Below, piece after piece: positions 1 to 12,599 of a DNA stretch of 64,000 nucleotides (positions within the stretch are counted from its first letter, which is position 1; each line of letters begins with the position of its first letter). Position numbers and translations under genes: made by a program. The stretch is from Octopus vulgaris (lineage: Eukaryota). The notes below the pieces were generated by a model that saw only the letters and a program-made list of their open reading frames with translations, did no database searches and was not told the DNA's origin. The stretch lies in NCBI GenBank assembly GCA_951406725.2, contig OX597827.1, forward strand, positions 17,050,001 through 17,114,000. Direction: 5' to 3'.

Positions 1-381
1 TCGTAAGTCCAAAACGTTGCGTTTTCAGAAAACAAAAAATTAGTTTGGCCATTTCAAAGCAAAACCATTGTAGTACACTTTCACAGTTTTTGATATCTTG
101 GCACCTGAAGCCGATAACTACAAAGTAGAGTATATACACACAGAACTTTTGGTGCGTTCAAAAATCACATATCTACTACCCACTTTTCCACGACAAGCTT
201 AGGGCCTAGAATCTTCCAAACTTATACGCAACATGCTACTTAGTCGAATTAGCCCTTCATTACTCCACAGATGTTTTGCCGTCAATGCTGCCCTTCCCCA
301 TTTCACGTATTTCAACTTAACCTCATCATATATACAAACTATGCCGTTTAAATCCCGAGCAACGCCGGATATGTCTGCTAG
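1..381 (+). mobile_element. 3' end of non-autonomous Helitron
   Basis: Subterminal hairpin cccgagcaacgccgg followed by ...ctgCTAG|t at 378-381, the same terminus as the Helitrons at 24739-25131 and 43852-44245. The 5' boundary is not determined. Confidence 0.55.
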
Positions 382-638
382 TGAATAATAAATTAAACTG
401 CACAAGATCAATATCTAGCTACAAGTTAAAAGTAAATGAATAGATTAAAGAAACAAGAGAATGACATCGACTTCAAGCTATGAAATCAGCACAGAAGAAA
501 GAATTAATTATATCTCTTCAGAGTTCACAATTCTTGTGAAGACGGATTGTACCATTCATAGACAGGACTGGATTGGCAGTTGTGTTCATTGGGTTAATAT
601 GCCGACACTTTGATTATAGAAAAATGGGAATAAATGGT

Positions 639-1023
639 GGGAAGCACTCCGTCGGTTACGACGACGAGGGTTCCCGTTGATCCGAATCAACGGAACAGCC
701 TGCTCGTGAAATTAACGTGTAAGTGGCTGAGCACTCCACAGACACGTGTACCCTTAACGTAGTTCTCGGGGATATTCAGCGTGACACAGAGAGTGACAAG
801 GCCGGCCCTTTGAAATACAGGTACAACAGAAACAGGAAGTAAGAGTGAGAGAAAGTTGTGGTGAAAGAGTACAGCAGGGATCACCACCATCCCTGCCGGA
901 GCCGCGTGGAGCTTTAGGTGTTTTCGCTCAATAAACACTCACAAACGCCCGGTCTGGGAATCGAAACCGCGATCCTATGACCGCGAGTCCGCTGCCCTAA
1001 CCACTGGGCCATAGCGCTTCCAC
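639..1023 (-). mobile_element. tRNA-derived SINE, group A (full length)
   Basis: Minus-strand head with A box (tggcccagtggttagg) and B box (ggtttcgattcc). Near-identical to 30699-31085 and 38849-39230. TSD ataaatggt. Confidence 0.9.
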
Positions 1024-1249
1024 GTATAAATGGTACATGCATGCACAAGAACTGTCGAAGATAGAGCATACGCCCGTCCAGATTCACATGAAGATCAAAA
1101 CATCACTGAGATGTAATGATGAAAGGAACAAAAGTCTATGTACTTTGATTGATATTCTGATAAAATAAAATATCGTTCGGAATGAAGTAAAAGAAGAAAA
1201 AAACAAGAGACACATGAATAATGTTAATATCAATATTAATTGAAATATT

Positions 1250-1945
1250 AAGGCAGGAGCGGGCAGAATCGTTAGCACGCCTGGTAAGCTGCTTAGCATT
1301 TCTATTTCTTTACTTCCCACAAGGGGCTAAACACAGAGAGGACAAACAAGGACAGACAAACGGATTAAGTCGATTATATCGACTCCAGTGCGTAACTGGT
1401 ACTTATTTAATCGACTCCAAAAGGATGAAAGGCAAAGTCGACCTCGGCGGAATTTGAATTCAGAACGTAGCGGCAGACGAAATACGGCTACACATTTCGC
1501 CCGGCGTGCTAACGTTTCTGCCAGCTTCCGCCCTAATTAGCATTTCATCTGCCCTTACGTTCTGAGATAAAATTCCTCGGAGGTCGACTTTGCCTTTCAT
1601 CCTTTCGCGGTCGATAAAATAAGTAGCGGTTGGGTACTGGGGGGTTGATGTAATCAATTTACCCACCTCCACAAAAATGCTGGCCTTGTGCTAAAATATG
1701 AAACCAATATTAATCGGTACACTAAGGCGGTGAGCTGGCAGAATCGTTAGCACGCCGGACAAAAAGCTTAGCAGCATTTCGTCTGTCTTTATGTTCTGAG
1801 TTCAAATTCTGTCGAGGTTGACTTTACCTTCCATCCTTTCGGGCTAGATAACATAAGATCTAGTTGAGTAGTACTGGATCGATGCAATTGACTAAACCCC
1901 TTCCCCGAATTTGCTGGCCTTGTGCCAAAATTTGAAATCAGTATT
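1250..1945. mobile_element. Cluster of group C SINE copies in both orientations (nested)
   Basis: Repeated motifs gagctggcagaatcgttagcacgcc and gaggtcgactttgcctttcatcctttcggggtcgataaa, found in more than 10 copies in the window. The central domain resembles the MetaSINE-type conserved domain (from recall, not searched). Confidence 0.85.
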
Positions 1946-2050
1946 AATCCAATACACTGAATAATGTAAATAACGTAAACTGATCTATGCTGGTTTCAGT
2001 GATGACTATTTAATCGCTCGGTTAACAGCTCCCTACTCGTTGATTTAAGT

Positions 2051-2362
2051 GGAGGCACATGGCTTAGTGGTTAGAGCAGCGGACTTGCGGTCGAGGGATC
2101 GCGGGTTCGAATCTCAGACCGGGCGATGTGTGTGTTTATGAGCGAAACACCTAAGCTCCACGCGGCTCCGGCAGAAGGTAGTGGCGAACTTCTGTTGACT
2201 CTTTTACCACAACTTTCTCTCACTCTTTCCTCCTGCATCTTGCAGCTTACCTGCGATGGACCGGCGTCCCATCCAGGTAGGGAACCTATACGCCAAGAAA
2301 ACCGGGAAACCGGCCCTTATGAGCCAGGCATGGCTCGAGAAGGAACAAACAACAACAACAAC
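2051..2362 (+). mobile_element. tRNA-derived SINE, group A variant with (AAC)n tail
   Basis: A/B-box head ggaggcacatggcttagtggttagagc...gggttcgaatc and (aac)n tail. Second copy at 14343-14637 (-). Confidence 0.85.
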
Positions 2363-2974
2363 TTGTTGAATTAACATATATGTAGTTGAATGTTTCATAG
2401 GTAGAAACGTCGAACCTTAGCGTAATACTCAAATACCGTCAAAGTATTAAAGGCAAAATCCAGCTGCTGACAATTTCATATGACACTGCTAGAAAAAAAT
2501 GTCGTTCAAACCGAAAAGTTCCACTCACTTTTATATAGAAAGGTAGTTTATCACCACCAATATTCGAGGTCCGATCTGGTATCTATTCTTAATGAATGAT
2601 AGGTGTTTGATACTATCTAGAACGAAGTATTGGAAAATTAAGATCAAGTGAGATTATTCAAGCAATTAAGCAGTGCATATGTGTGTGTGATTGTATATGT
2701 GTGGATGTATACATATATACCTACATATAAATATATGTTTCCGTACACACATACATATACATGCATAAATACACTAACAAAAATTCTTGCAAGTAACTTC
2801 TTATATTCACTAATTAGATAAATACGTAAGTGGATAGGTACGTACGTAAGTATTTATTTATGTATGTGTATATGTTTATGTAAATACGGGTGTTAATATG
2901 AATGTATATACGCATGTATAATATACACATATATTCAGATATATATATATACTTATGTATTCATACACGTTTCC

Positions 2975-3007
<33 letters not shown>

Positions 3008-3052
3008 CATATATATCTATATACATATATATACATATATATATATATATAT

Positions 3053-3083
<31 letters not shown>

Positions 3084-3126
3084 GTTGATGAAGGAAATGA
3101 ATCTTATGATTCTAATCCAGAATATG

Positions 3127-3162
<36 letters not shown>

Positions 3163-4251
3163 TATATATGAACATATGTTATATACATTGATATACATAC
3201 TATTAGATCAATATTGTAGATACAACAAAAAATCTGGTCTTTTGGCCGCCGAAATATTACCATAAACGTCTTAACTGTAGTTACACGATACTCTATAAAT
3301 ACATTTTAATTAAATTTAATGCTAAATAAAAATAGCATAAGTTGAGAAGCTCAGATTTAGAATGCTCATGTATACACAAGCATTCATTACTTCCAAAATC
3401 GAAAGATGATTGATCCTTCGTCTGTCTCGACGATGAATATTTAGTTTCTTTTTTTAATTTTTAATTAGTTTTATTTTAGTTTATTGAATTTCTAATCGTA
3501 AAACCAATGTCTCTGTGGCTTACTACTCGAAAGATAGGTGTACTTTTAGCGCTGAAGTCAAGTCGAATCACTGCCGCACTCTGGCAAGGCTGCGCCGTTT
3601 ATCGTTGAAGAACAAGTGCAATTCGTATAGATGCGTAGATGGAGAAAGATAAAAAGAGAGAGGGGGAGTGAGTAAGTTCTGTCCGAATTTTGAATAAAGA
3701 AAACAAGTGATCAAATGTTATATTTAATTGAAATTTAATCATCAATGTACTTTCCCTGATTTTCTATGACTTCCTTCCATCTATTTTCAAACTTTTTAAT
3801 CCTATCAATGTAAAACACTTTTGATTTCAAAATCAATAAATACTATAAATAGTAAAAAATAATAAAAATGTAATCGAATTGATTTTATTATCTATTTGAA
3901 AATATAGCCATAAAACGCGCGTAGTCTTTTTACTACTATTTACTATTTATTGTACTTTATTGATTTTTAGAATAAGGTTTTTATAGTAAATATTTTCTAT
4001 ATGATGTGAATAACATCTTTCATTACTGAATTGTTTAATAGAGGTTCTCCTCTTTAAATTATATACATATATTATATATTGTGAAATTTGATTTAAAATT
4101 GTTAAATTGAATTTTTCTCTGTAAGTTTTGTAATTATATTCCCTACTATTATATATGTATATATATATATATATTACAGAGATGTACTTGCATAGCAAGT
4201 GACCTGATCTGAGATCGTGTGCTGGAACGAAAACAATTGTAACGTGACGCA

Positions 4252-4468
4252 TTGGGCAAGTGTCTTCTACTATAGCCTCGGGCCGACCAAAGCCTTGTGA
4301 GTGGATTTGGTAGATGGAAACTGAAAGAAGCCCGCCGTATATATGTATATATATGCGTGTGTGTGTTTGTATGTCTGTGTTTGTCCCCCTAGCATTGCTT
4401 GACAACCGATGCTGGTGTGTTTATGTCCCCGTTACTTAGCGGTTCGGCAAAAGAGACCGATAGAATAC
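4252..4468 (+). mobile_element. Group B SINE, partial
   Basis: ttgggcaagtgtcttctactatagcctcgggccgacc...ggttcggcaaaagagaccgatag, matches the full copies. Confidence 0.8.
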
Positions 4469-4994
4469 GCATTTTAAGAAACACACAAATATGAGGGGTT
4501 TCCGTCAATGATGATCTAAACCATTAGGTACGCTGCGTAATTTCGTCATCCGTTAGGTTCCAAGTTCACACCTGAGGCTAGAACTAGGGATCCGTAGTAG
4601 GCTTCCGAGTCAGCTGGTATATATTAAAGGAAAAGGAAAGCAAAAACCGATGTTTTATTTTAATTTTTAACTTTTAATTCTGAGTATATTCCCTCTCCTT
4701 ATGTTATGCATCATTTTCTAACATTTCAGCTCTCTTTACCGACCATTGAACTAAAGTTAAAAACATCCTTTCGACCACGCCGAACCTAGAATTCATCTAT
4801 CTATTTAAATACCCTTTAATAAATGCCTTCCCCGTCCACTTTACCAAAACCTTAACCCCTGACCTGTCACCCCGAACCTACCCTGACGAAGAATAATGCC
4901 AGCCTTTTACCTTTTAACTTTATTATTATTTTTCTTTTTCTTTGGCTCTCATTCTTTTTATTTCCATTACCTGTCCTATTTACTCTCTTTACCC

Positions 4995-5521
4995 GAGTTC
5001 AAATTCCGCCGAGGTCGACTTTGCCTTTCATTCTTTCAGGGTCGATAAATTAAGTACCAGTTACATACTGGTGTCGATGTAATCGACTTAATCCCTTTGT
5101 CTGTCCTTGTTTGTCCCCTCTGTGTTTAGCCCCTTGTGGGTAGTAAAGAAATATATTTACTCTCTTTACATTTTCATCTTTATCTTCATTCCCACTCTTC
5201 TCTCCTTCTTTTCTCTCTCTCCTTCTCACTCACTTTCCACCACTTCCTCCTTTCTCTCTGATCTATCTGTCAAACCATGATGTCTACCTCTCTCACATTA
5301 TATATATTTCTTTATTGCCCACAAGGGGGCTAAACATAGAGGGGACAGACAAAGGGACTAAGTCGATTACATCAACCCCAGTGCGTAACTAGTACTTATT
5401 CAATCGACCCCAAAAGGATGAAAGGCAAAGTCGACCTCGGCGGAATTTGAACTCAGAACATAGCGGCTGATGAAATACCGCTGAGCATTTCGCCCGGCGT
5501 GCTAACGTTTCTGCCAGCTCG
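4995..5521. mobile_element. Two group C SINE copies (4995-5154 +, 5305-5521 -)
   Basis: gagttcaaattccgccgaggtcgactttgcc motif and its reverse complement. Confidence 0.8.
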
Positions 5522-5977
5522 CTCTCTCACATTATATACCAACGCAGAACATCTTTCTTACACGCTAACTGCTTGATCTATTCCTTCAGTCTGAATGCAA
5601 CTTTCAAAATACTTCCTGGAATTGCCTGGGATTATATTTAAGGGGATACAACTTCATGGAAGAACGGACCAACTTCCATACCCTCTGCAACAAAATGAAC
5701 TTTATTCTCCTGTCTTTATTCTTCTATCTACTGTTTTATTGTTATACAGACTGTGAATTCTCTGTCTGGAACTTTCCTGCATACACAATGTATGGGGATG
5801 TTGACCCATCACCTTGGATATCCCAGAAACAGCTGTAAGACATTACTTCTACTTCTCTATCTTTTATGCTCCTTACTCTAATAAAATATTCTAAATGATC
5901 TGAGATAGTCGTCCTGCCTTGGTTTTGTTTCTCTTTTCCTTTAACACACACACACACACAAACACACATATATATAT

Positions 5978-6383
5978 ACTCTCTTTTTACACCTTTACTT
6001 GTTTCAGTCATTTGACTGCGGCCATGCAAGAGCACCGCTTTTAATCGAGCAACTCGAACCCGGGACTTATTCTTTTGTAAGCCCAGTACTTATTCTAACG
6101 GTCTCTTTTGCCGAACCGCTAAGTTACGGGGACATAAACACATCAGCATCGGTTGTCAAGCAATGCTAGGGGAACAAATACACCCACACAAACAAACACA
6201 CGCATATATACATACATATATACGACGGGCTTCTTTCAGTTTCCGACTACCAAATCTACTCACAAGGCTTTGGTGGGCCCGAGGCTATAGTAGAAGACAC
6301 TTGCCCAATGCGCCACGCAGTGGGACTGAACCCGGAACCACGTGGTTGGTAAACAAGCTACTTACCATACAGCCACTCCTGTG

Positions 6384-6384
<1 letters not shown>
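5978..6384 (-). mobile_element. Group B SINE (full length)
   Basis: Head ggcacaggagtggctgt..ggtaagtagcttg...ccgggttcagtcccactgcg, internal (TA)/(TG) tract, tail aaacaagtaaa. Confidence 0.9.
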
Positions 6385-6444
<60 letters not shown>

Positions 6445-6900
6445 CATACATATATATATATATATACATATATATAACACATATTTATGTATATATGCGA
6501 AAACGGAACGACGTCTTTCCCAAAGCAAGCTACTCAATCATACAGTAAAGACAACTATACAGTGAGTCCTTTTTTCATAGGACCAGTTGACCGGAGACCC
6601 TACACACAGCAACAAACACATAGGACATTTCATGAGAAGTTACCCTGTATTTATAGACACTGAACTCAATATTTTACGACCAGGAATTTTTCCCTAAACG
6701 CAGTTATCTATTGACATTTAACAAAATGCACAAAACTTTAATGCCCATGAGACAACGCATACATAGACACACAAAGATACACGCCGTTACGAAGATACAC
6801 GTACATACACAGCACCACTCCTATTTAGCAATCAGACCCTTTCATACATATGTGTTTGTGTGCGTGTGTGTGAGTATATGTTTATATGTATGTATGTATG

Positions 6901-6936
<36 letters not shown>

Positions 6937-7145
6937 GACATACATACATACATACACACACACTGACATATATATGTACATGTATACGTGTTTTTGTGTG
7001 TGTGTGTGTGTGTGTGTCTGTGAGTGTGTGTGTGTGTCTGTGTATGTATATATACATATATATATATATACATAATTTTTATGAATATATACATATTTTA
7101 AGCATGTATATGCTGATACAAAGATACACATACCCCATCATACAT

Positions 7146-7214
<69 letters not shown>

Positions 7215-7969
7215 CATATATATATGTATGTACAGGCATGTTATATATGTATACACGCAGAAATATATACATAACACATGTAAATATTACATATATAGCA
7301 TATATGGATATGTAGATATATACATATATAAACATAAATACGTACACACACACATATCTCCCTACATATTTGCGTAAATAGATAAATATAAATACACACC
7401 CACAGACATACATGCATACATATAGACGTGTGTGTATTCACATACATATTGTATAAAATCAATATGGCAGTTACAACGATAACTTTAGTCTCTGCTTGCT
7501 GCTGTTATATTGCCATAAATGTCACAACGTCTGTTACACGATACTCTATAAATACTCTTTATTTAGATTTAATGGTATGTAAAAATAGAAAACTTTGAAG
7601 AAATGCTTAGATTTGAGAATGCCAATGTTTACACAAGTATTCGAACTTAAAAACTAAATGGATCTTCCGTCAGTTCCCAAGATGACTATTCTAGTTATTC
7701 GATCGATTAAACTCTCTGCTGATTAAATCATTATGTTATTGGTGACTGAGAACTCTATCCCATGGTGCGTCTGAAGAAGAAGAAGAAGAAGTATTATAAT
7801 TATGGAAAAGATTGACCCATTGAATTACAGGTACTATCCAGAGGACGTCATTTCACGTGGTATTCTTTTGCCCACTTTCTTTGACAATGTTTTTGAGGGA
7901 AACGAGGCCCTGGTGAGAGACAGTTGCAGAGAATATCGTTCAGTGGAGTTGCATTCTGACTCCTACGAG

Positions 7970-9150
7970 AAAGGTAATAATGAAGATTAGCGACGGCAAA
8001 CGTAATGATGAGAATTCGGATCAGGAAAGGTAATGGTGAAGATTAGCATCGGAAACCCAGTACTGAAAATTAGCGTCGGGAAATGCAACGGTGAAAATTA
8101 GCTTCGGTGATGGTAATGGTGAGTGTCAGGACAAGCAATAATTAAATTTCGTATCGAGACCTGCAATAATAAGGATTTACATCATAAAGGATTATGCTTT
8201 TTGGAGACAAAATCTTAGTGGAAAATTATATATGAGGATCTTTTCGGTTTGAACGGCAGTTTTTAAAAATATTTTCCACGTAACTAAACACTTTTAAACT
8301 TCGTATACTGGTAGAATGTGTTTATAAAACATCTTTCTCTCTTGGCTTTATTGAGAAAATTCTATAGTTTGTAAGATATTTGTGGGTTTTTTCTTCAATT
8401 TCTGCAATTTCAACCAATCACTGATGTGTATTGAGGTAAACAACATTCCGTGCCGTATGAATATGTCCCTCGTTTAAGAAACAGATTGGGTTTATTTACA
8501 TTTCTGAAGAAGAAAAAGATACAGTTCCCCCCACCCCTAACCTTAACCCTAACCCTAAAAGATATTGAAATGCAATAGATCGATACTAGGGTCATAATTA
8601 TGGGTGACAATTTCATATGACACCGCTAGAAAAAACTGCCGTTCAAACCGGAAAGTTCCATATGTGATATATCATCCATGGGAAACCAAACGTGAAGATT
8701 AGGGTCGGGAAATGTAATGGTAAGTATTAGAGCAGCAATGATAAAATCTACAGCCGGATATATCAATGGTAAACAATCCTGTTGATTTATGAAGGTTGAG
8801 AAGTTGAGTGATGGAAAGGGCAATAATAACGATTATCTAAGAGAAAGGCAAACATAAAGATTACAAATGCGAGAAGTAATGATAGATATTCGCGTCAGCA
8901 AAGGCAGTAATAAAGATTGATGTTAGAAAAAGTGAAAGTATGAAAAATGGCGTCGGGAAAAAGAAATACGAAGACTAGCGTCGACAAAAGCTGCGGTAAA
9001 TATTATCAGGAGATAAACAGTGTCAGCGATGAGCGTCAGTAAAAAGAAAAAGCGAGTGTAAGAAATAGCGCAAAGAAGTGCAGAGGTGAAGATACGTATT
9101 GGGAGAAGTAATTGTAGATATTCATAAAACGTCCGCATCAAGGGGAAACT
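7970..9150. repeat. Old degenerate ~28-bp minisatellite, interrupted by a MITE
   Basis: Units such as gaagattagcgacggcaaacgtaatgat, gagaattcggatcaggaaaggtaatggt and gaaaattagcgtcgggaaatgcaacggt. The array resumes after 8660. Confidence 0.7.
8236..8659. mobile_element. MITE with ~29-bp TIRs and an internal telomere-like (CCCTAA)n tract
   Basis: ggatcttttcggtttgaacggcagttttt ... aaaaactgccgttcaaaccggaaagttcc. Second copy at 29153-29961 and a fragment near 2470-2522. Confidence 0.85.
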
Positions 9151-9269
9151 GTGTGCGATAAATTTTCCGAACGAAACTGGCCAAGACAATTTATATGGAA
9201 ACTTAGAATTTGATTTCCATACACAGGACGAATATCTCTTTGCTCCTTTCGTTGCTGAGGGTTCAAACA

Positions 9270-9677
9270 TACTCTTTACTCTTTTACTTGTTTCAGTCAT
9301 TTGACTGCGGCCATGCTGGAGCACCGCCTTTAATCGAGCAACTCGACCCTGGGACTAATTCTTTTGTAAGCCCATTACTTATTCTATCGGTCTCTTTTGC
9401 CGACCCGCTAAGTTACTGGGACATAAACACACCAGCATCGGATGTCAAGTGATGTTGGAGGGACAAACACAGACACACAAACACACACACGCATATATAT
9501 ACATACATATTTATGACGGGCTTCTTTCAGTTTCCGTCTACCAAATCCACTCACAAGGCTTTGGTCGGCCCGAGGTTATAGTAGAAGACACTTGTCCAAG
9601 GTGCCACGCAGTGGGACTGAACCCGGAACCATGTGGTTGGTAAACAAGCTTCTTACCACACAGCCACTCCTGCGTCT
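9270..9677 (-). mobile_element. Group B SINE (full length)
   Basis: Same head, body and tail as 5978-6384. Confidence 0.9.
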
Positions 9678-9967
9678 ATATGAAGCAGTATCTGATATGG
9701 GTCTGATTTAATTTCATCTTTAAAGGGTTAAATCGATATGAATTTAACCACTTTGATATAACGTGATCTGCAACGAACAAACATCAGAACTGATGCTCAT
9801 TTTACTGTAAGTATTGGGAAATTATCCACAAATTATTCATGCCAAAAATGTGAAAGAACTGTTTTCCAACCAAATGATATTTATCACGAACATTCGCATG
9901 TATGTGTGTCTGTGTGTGTGTGTGTGTGATGAACTGGGAGATTTCGTTTAAGGGAATGCTTCCTGCC

Positions 9968-10311
9968 ACAGAGATGTACTTGCATAGCAAGTGATTTGAT
10001 CTGAGATCGTGTGCTGAAACGAAAACAATTGCAGCGTGGAAGGTGTTTGTAAGCCATTTAAAAAACAAACAAAAGCCGTTCGATTCGCTTCAACATTTAA
10101 GTTTAATTTGTCAAAATATTTTCGTCGCTTTAAGACCGCGACCTATTCGCTGACAAAAATCCATGCTGCATCTCGGATTTTTGTCAATGAACAGGTCGCG
10201 GGCTTAAAGCGACGAAAATATTTTGACAAATTAAACTTAAATGTTGAAGTGAATCGAACAGCTTTTGTGTGTTTCTTAAATGGCTTGCAAACACCTTCCA
10301 CGCTGCAATTG
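9968..10311. mobile_element. Palindromic Penelope-type element (inverted pLTR-like arms) of the GUGAACA hammerhead family
   Basis: Inverted arms ~10025-10163 and ~10173-10311, homologous to 42192-42520. Each arm has hammerhead topology with a decayed core (10107-10157 -, 10180-10230 +). Confidence 0.75.
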
Positions 10312-10436
10312 GTTCCTGCTACAGTTGTCCCTGAACGAGCACAAATTGAGATTGGTGTCGTGGATATTGAAGGCCGATGTGAAGACGGTAACGATTGTAG
10401 CGATGACTACCAATACTCCTGCTGCTCCTGCTACTG

Positions 10437-10475
<39 letters not shown>

Positions 10476-10476
10476 T

Positions 10477-10532
<56 letters not shown>

Positions 10533-10724
10533 GTCATATAGTATGCGTATACGAAATGGAATCGCAACAAACTTGAGACTGTGTCCATATTCGGTTCACC
10601 ACGAATGCCTATCTCTATACTCAATGACGATTGCCTCTGCTTTCTGTCTGAATCTGTCTCTGTCTGTCTGTCTGTCTTTTTTCTCTCTCTCTGTACACAC
10701 ACACACACACGCACACACAGACTT

Positions 10725-10805
<81 letters not shown>

Positions 10806-10935
10806 TATATAGGTAATTAAGATTCAGTTGTATTAGGTTCTTAAGTTGAAGCACCAAGTCAATCCAGTGTTTTCCTCACAACCCGAAGTTAGATGAATAA
10901 AAAGCAAATAAGTAACAACGATGTCCAGTTATCAG

Positions 10936-11022
10936 TGCATTACGGCCGTTTAAAGCGGCTCCATTTATTCGATCACTGCAAACATTACATCAATTAGAAA
11001 TAAACCGCTCTCCTCGGACGCA
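10936..11022 (-). ncRNA. Decayed type I hammerhead (CCGAGGA core, long stem II) in a Penelope-type terminal repeat (~10812-11050)
   Basis: Minus strand: tgcgt-CCGAGGA-gagcggtt...agccgctt-(T)AAA-cggccg-TA-atgca. The homologue at 17620-17780 retains GAAA-cggtcg-TA. Confidence 0.55.
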
Positions 11023-11199
11023 TACGACCATATAGATTTTCAACACACAGGATACTCCATTATAATTTATTAGCAAATTTTTCATTTACTAGAGACTAAA
11101 ATAATTACATTGCTTCCTTTTGCTATTTAGAGAAAGAATGAATTTAGAGAAAGAAACACCTAAAGTTTACAATAATTTAGACCGGCAGAGGAAAATTAT

Positions 11200-11960
11200 G
11201 GGGTTCAAGAAAGAGAAATGGTGATATAGCTACATGCATCTTCATCATTATCACATCCAAATGACCCAATGCAACAAGTCTTCTACATCCCCTTAGAATT
11301 AAATCAGATATTGGTCGACTTATCAAATCCATTCTTGATAAAATATTACCCCTAATAATGCCTAATTTATCTCTTAAATTATGGTGTAATACTGATGAAG
11401 TAATACACGGGTTCACATCCATTGAAAATGTAAGTAATTACTCGTTTATACAATTTGATATCACCGTGATCACCGTGACCGACCAGGCTATCAGATGTTA
11501 CTACACATCGCTGGTCACAATGCGCTTCGCATTGTTTTAGCCTTCAAATGACGCCGCCTCGCTGGCTAAGCGAGCAGGCCAACAGAAGAAAGAGTGAGAG
11601 AAAGTTGTGGCGAAAGAGTGCTGCAGATATCGCCACCACCCCCTGCCGGACCCTCGCGGAACTTTAGGTGTTTTCGCTCAATAAACACTCACAACGCCGG
11701 TCTGGGAATCGAAACCGCGATCCTACGACCGCGAGTCCGCTGCCATAACCACTGGGCCATTGCGGCTACAATTTGATATTAACAGTTATTTTCACTAAAA
11801 GACTCTCTCTTATAACTAGGGACAAAATTACCGCAATCAAATTATTTCAAAATACTTCGTTACATATTCCAAAATATCACATACCTAATAGATTACTACA
11901 ATTAAATCATTTCAAGATTGCCTATCCAAATGTACGTAATTCTTTCTATTATATACATAA
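11200..11960 (+). pseudogene. Penelope-like reverse transcriptase relic, interrupted by a SINE
   Basis: Translated fragments KSDIGRLIKSILDKIL...LWCNTDEVIHGF...FIQFDI(NSYF) resemble PLE RT up to motif A. The insertion at 11462-11767 is flanked by TSD tacaatttgatat. Confidence 0.6.
11462..11767 (-). mobile_element. Group A-headed SINE with a different 3' tail
   Basis: Group A tRNA head at 11570-11765 (-) joined to a distinct tail. 13-bp TSD. Confidence 0.75.
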
Positions 11961-12168
11961 AGCATGAAAGTGGTGGGGTGGGGTGGGGTGCTAGTCGGTT
12001 ACATCGACTTCAGTATTGAAGTAGTACATATAGTATCAATCCTGAAAGTGGGAAGGCAAAGTTGACATTGCCGAATTTAATAAGCTGGAGAAAATACCAA
12101 TATTGTCCAGAGTGGTAATTAATTACCAACCGGTTTCACCTCTTTTAGTGTTATTCATTGTAAGGCAC

Positions 12169-12218
<50 letters not shown>

Positions 12219-12223
<5 letters not shown>

Positions 12224-12427
12224 ATCCAAATATGAAAACACTAAGAGAAAACACAACAGCGCGAGGACGTGGAATAAGTATAGTATTATTGGACGCTCAG
12301 GAAAGAAGGAAAGAAGGAGGATTTAGCGTTTCGAGCGGAGCTCTTCGTCAGAAACATAGGAAAAGGAAAGATCCAAAGAAGGTAGACGGAGGAAAAAAAT
12401 CGCCAACGGTACACACGCGGTCACATT

Positions 12428-12432
<5 letters not shown>
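12219..12432 (-). mobile_element. ~210-bp (TA)n-inserted element with a minimal hammerhead (CUGACGA family)
   Basis: Minus strand ~12321-12356: gttt-CTGACGA-a-gag(ctccg)ctc-GAAA-cgc-TA-aat. Copies at 37437-37630 and 55805-56021. Confidence 0.75.
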
Positions 12433-12472
<40 letters not shown>

Positions 12473-12518
12473 AATGCATATATCTATCTATCGCCAACGG
12501 TACACACGCGGTCACATT

Positions 12519-12557
<39 letters not shown>

Positions 12558-12562
12558 AATGC

Positions 12563-12598
<36 letters not shown>

Positions 12599-12599
<1 letters not shown>

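Noticed and set aside
4875-4910. cctaccCTGACGAagaat, possible hammerhead 5' half in a PLE-like end
   Set aside because: No matching GAAA/UH half was found downstream.
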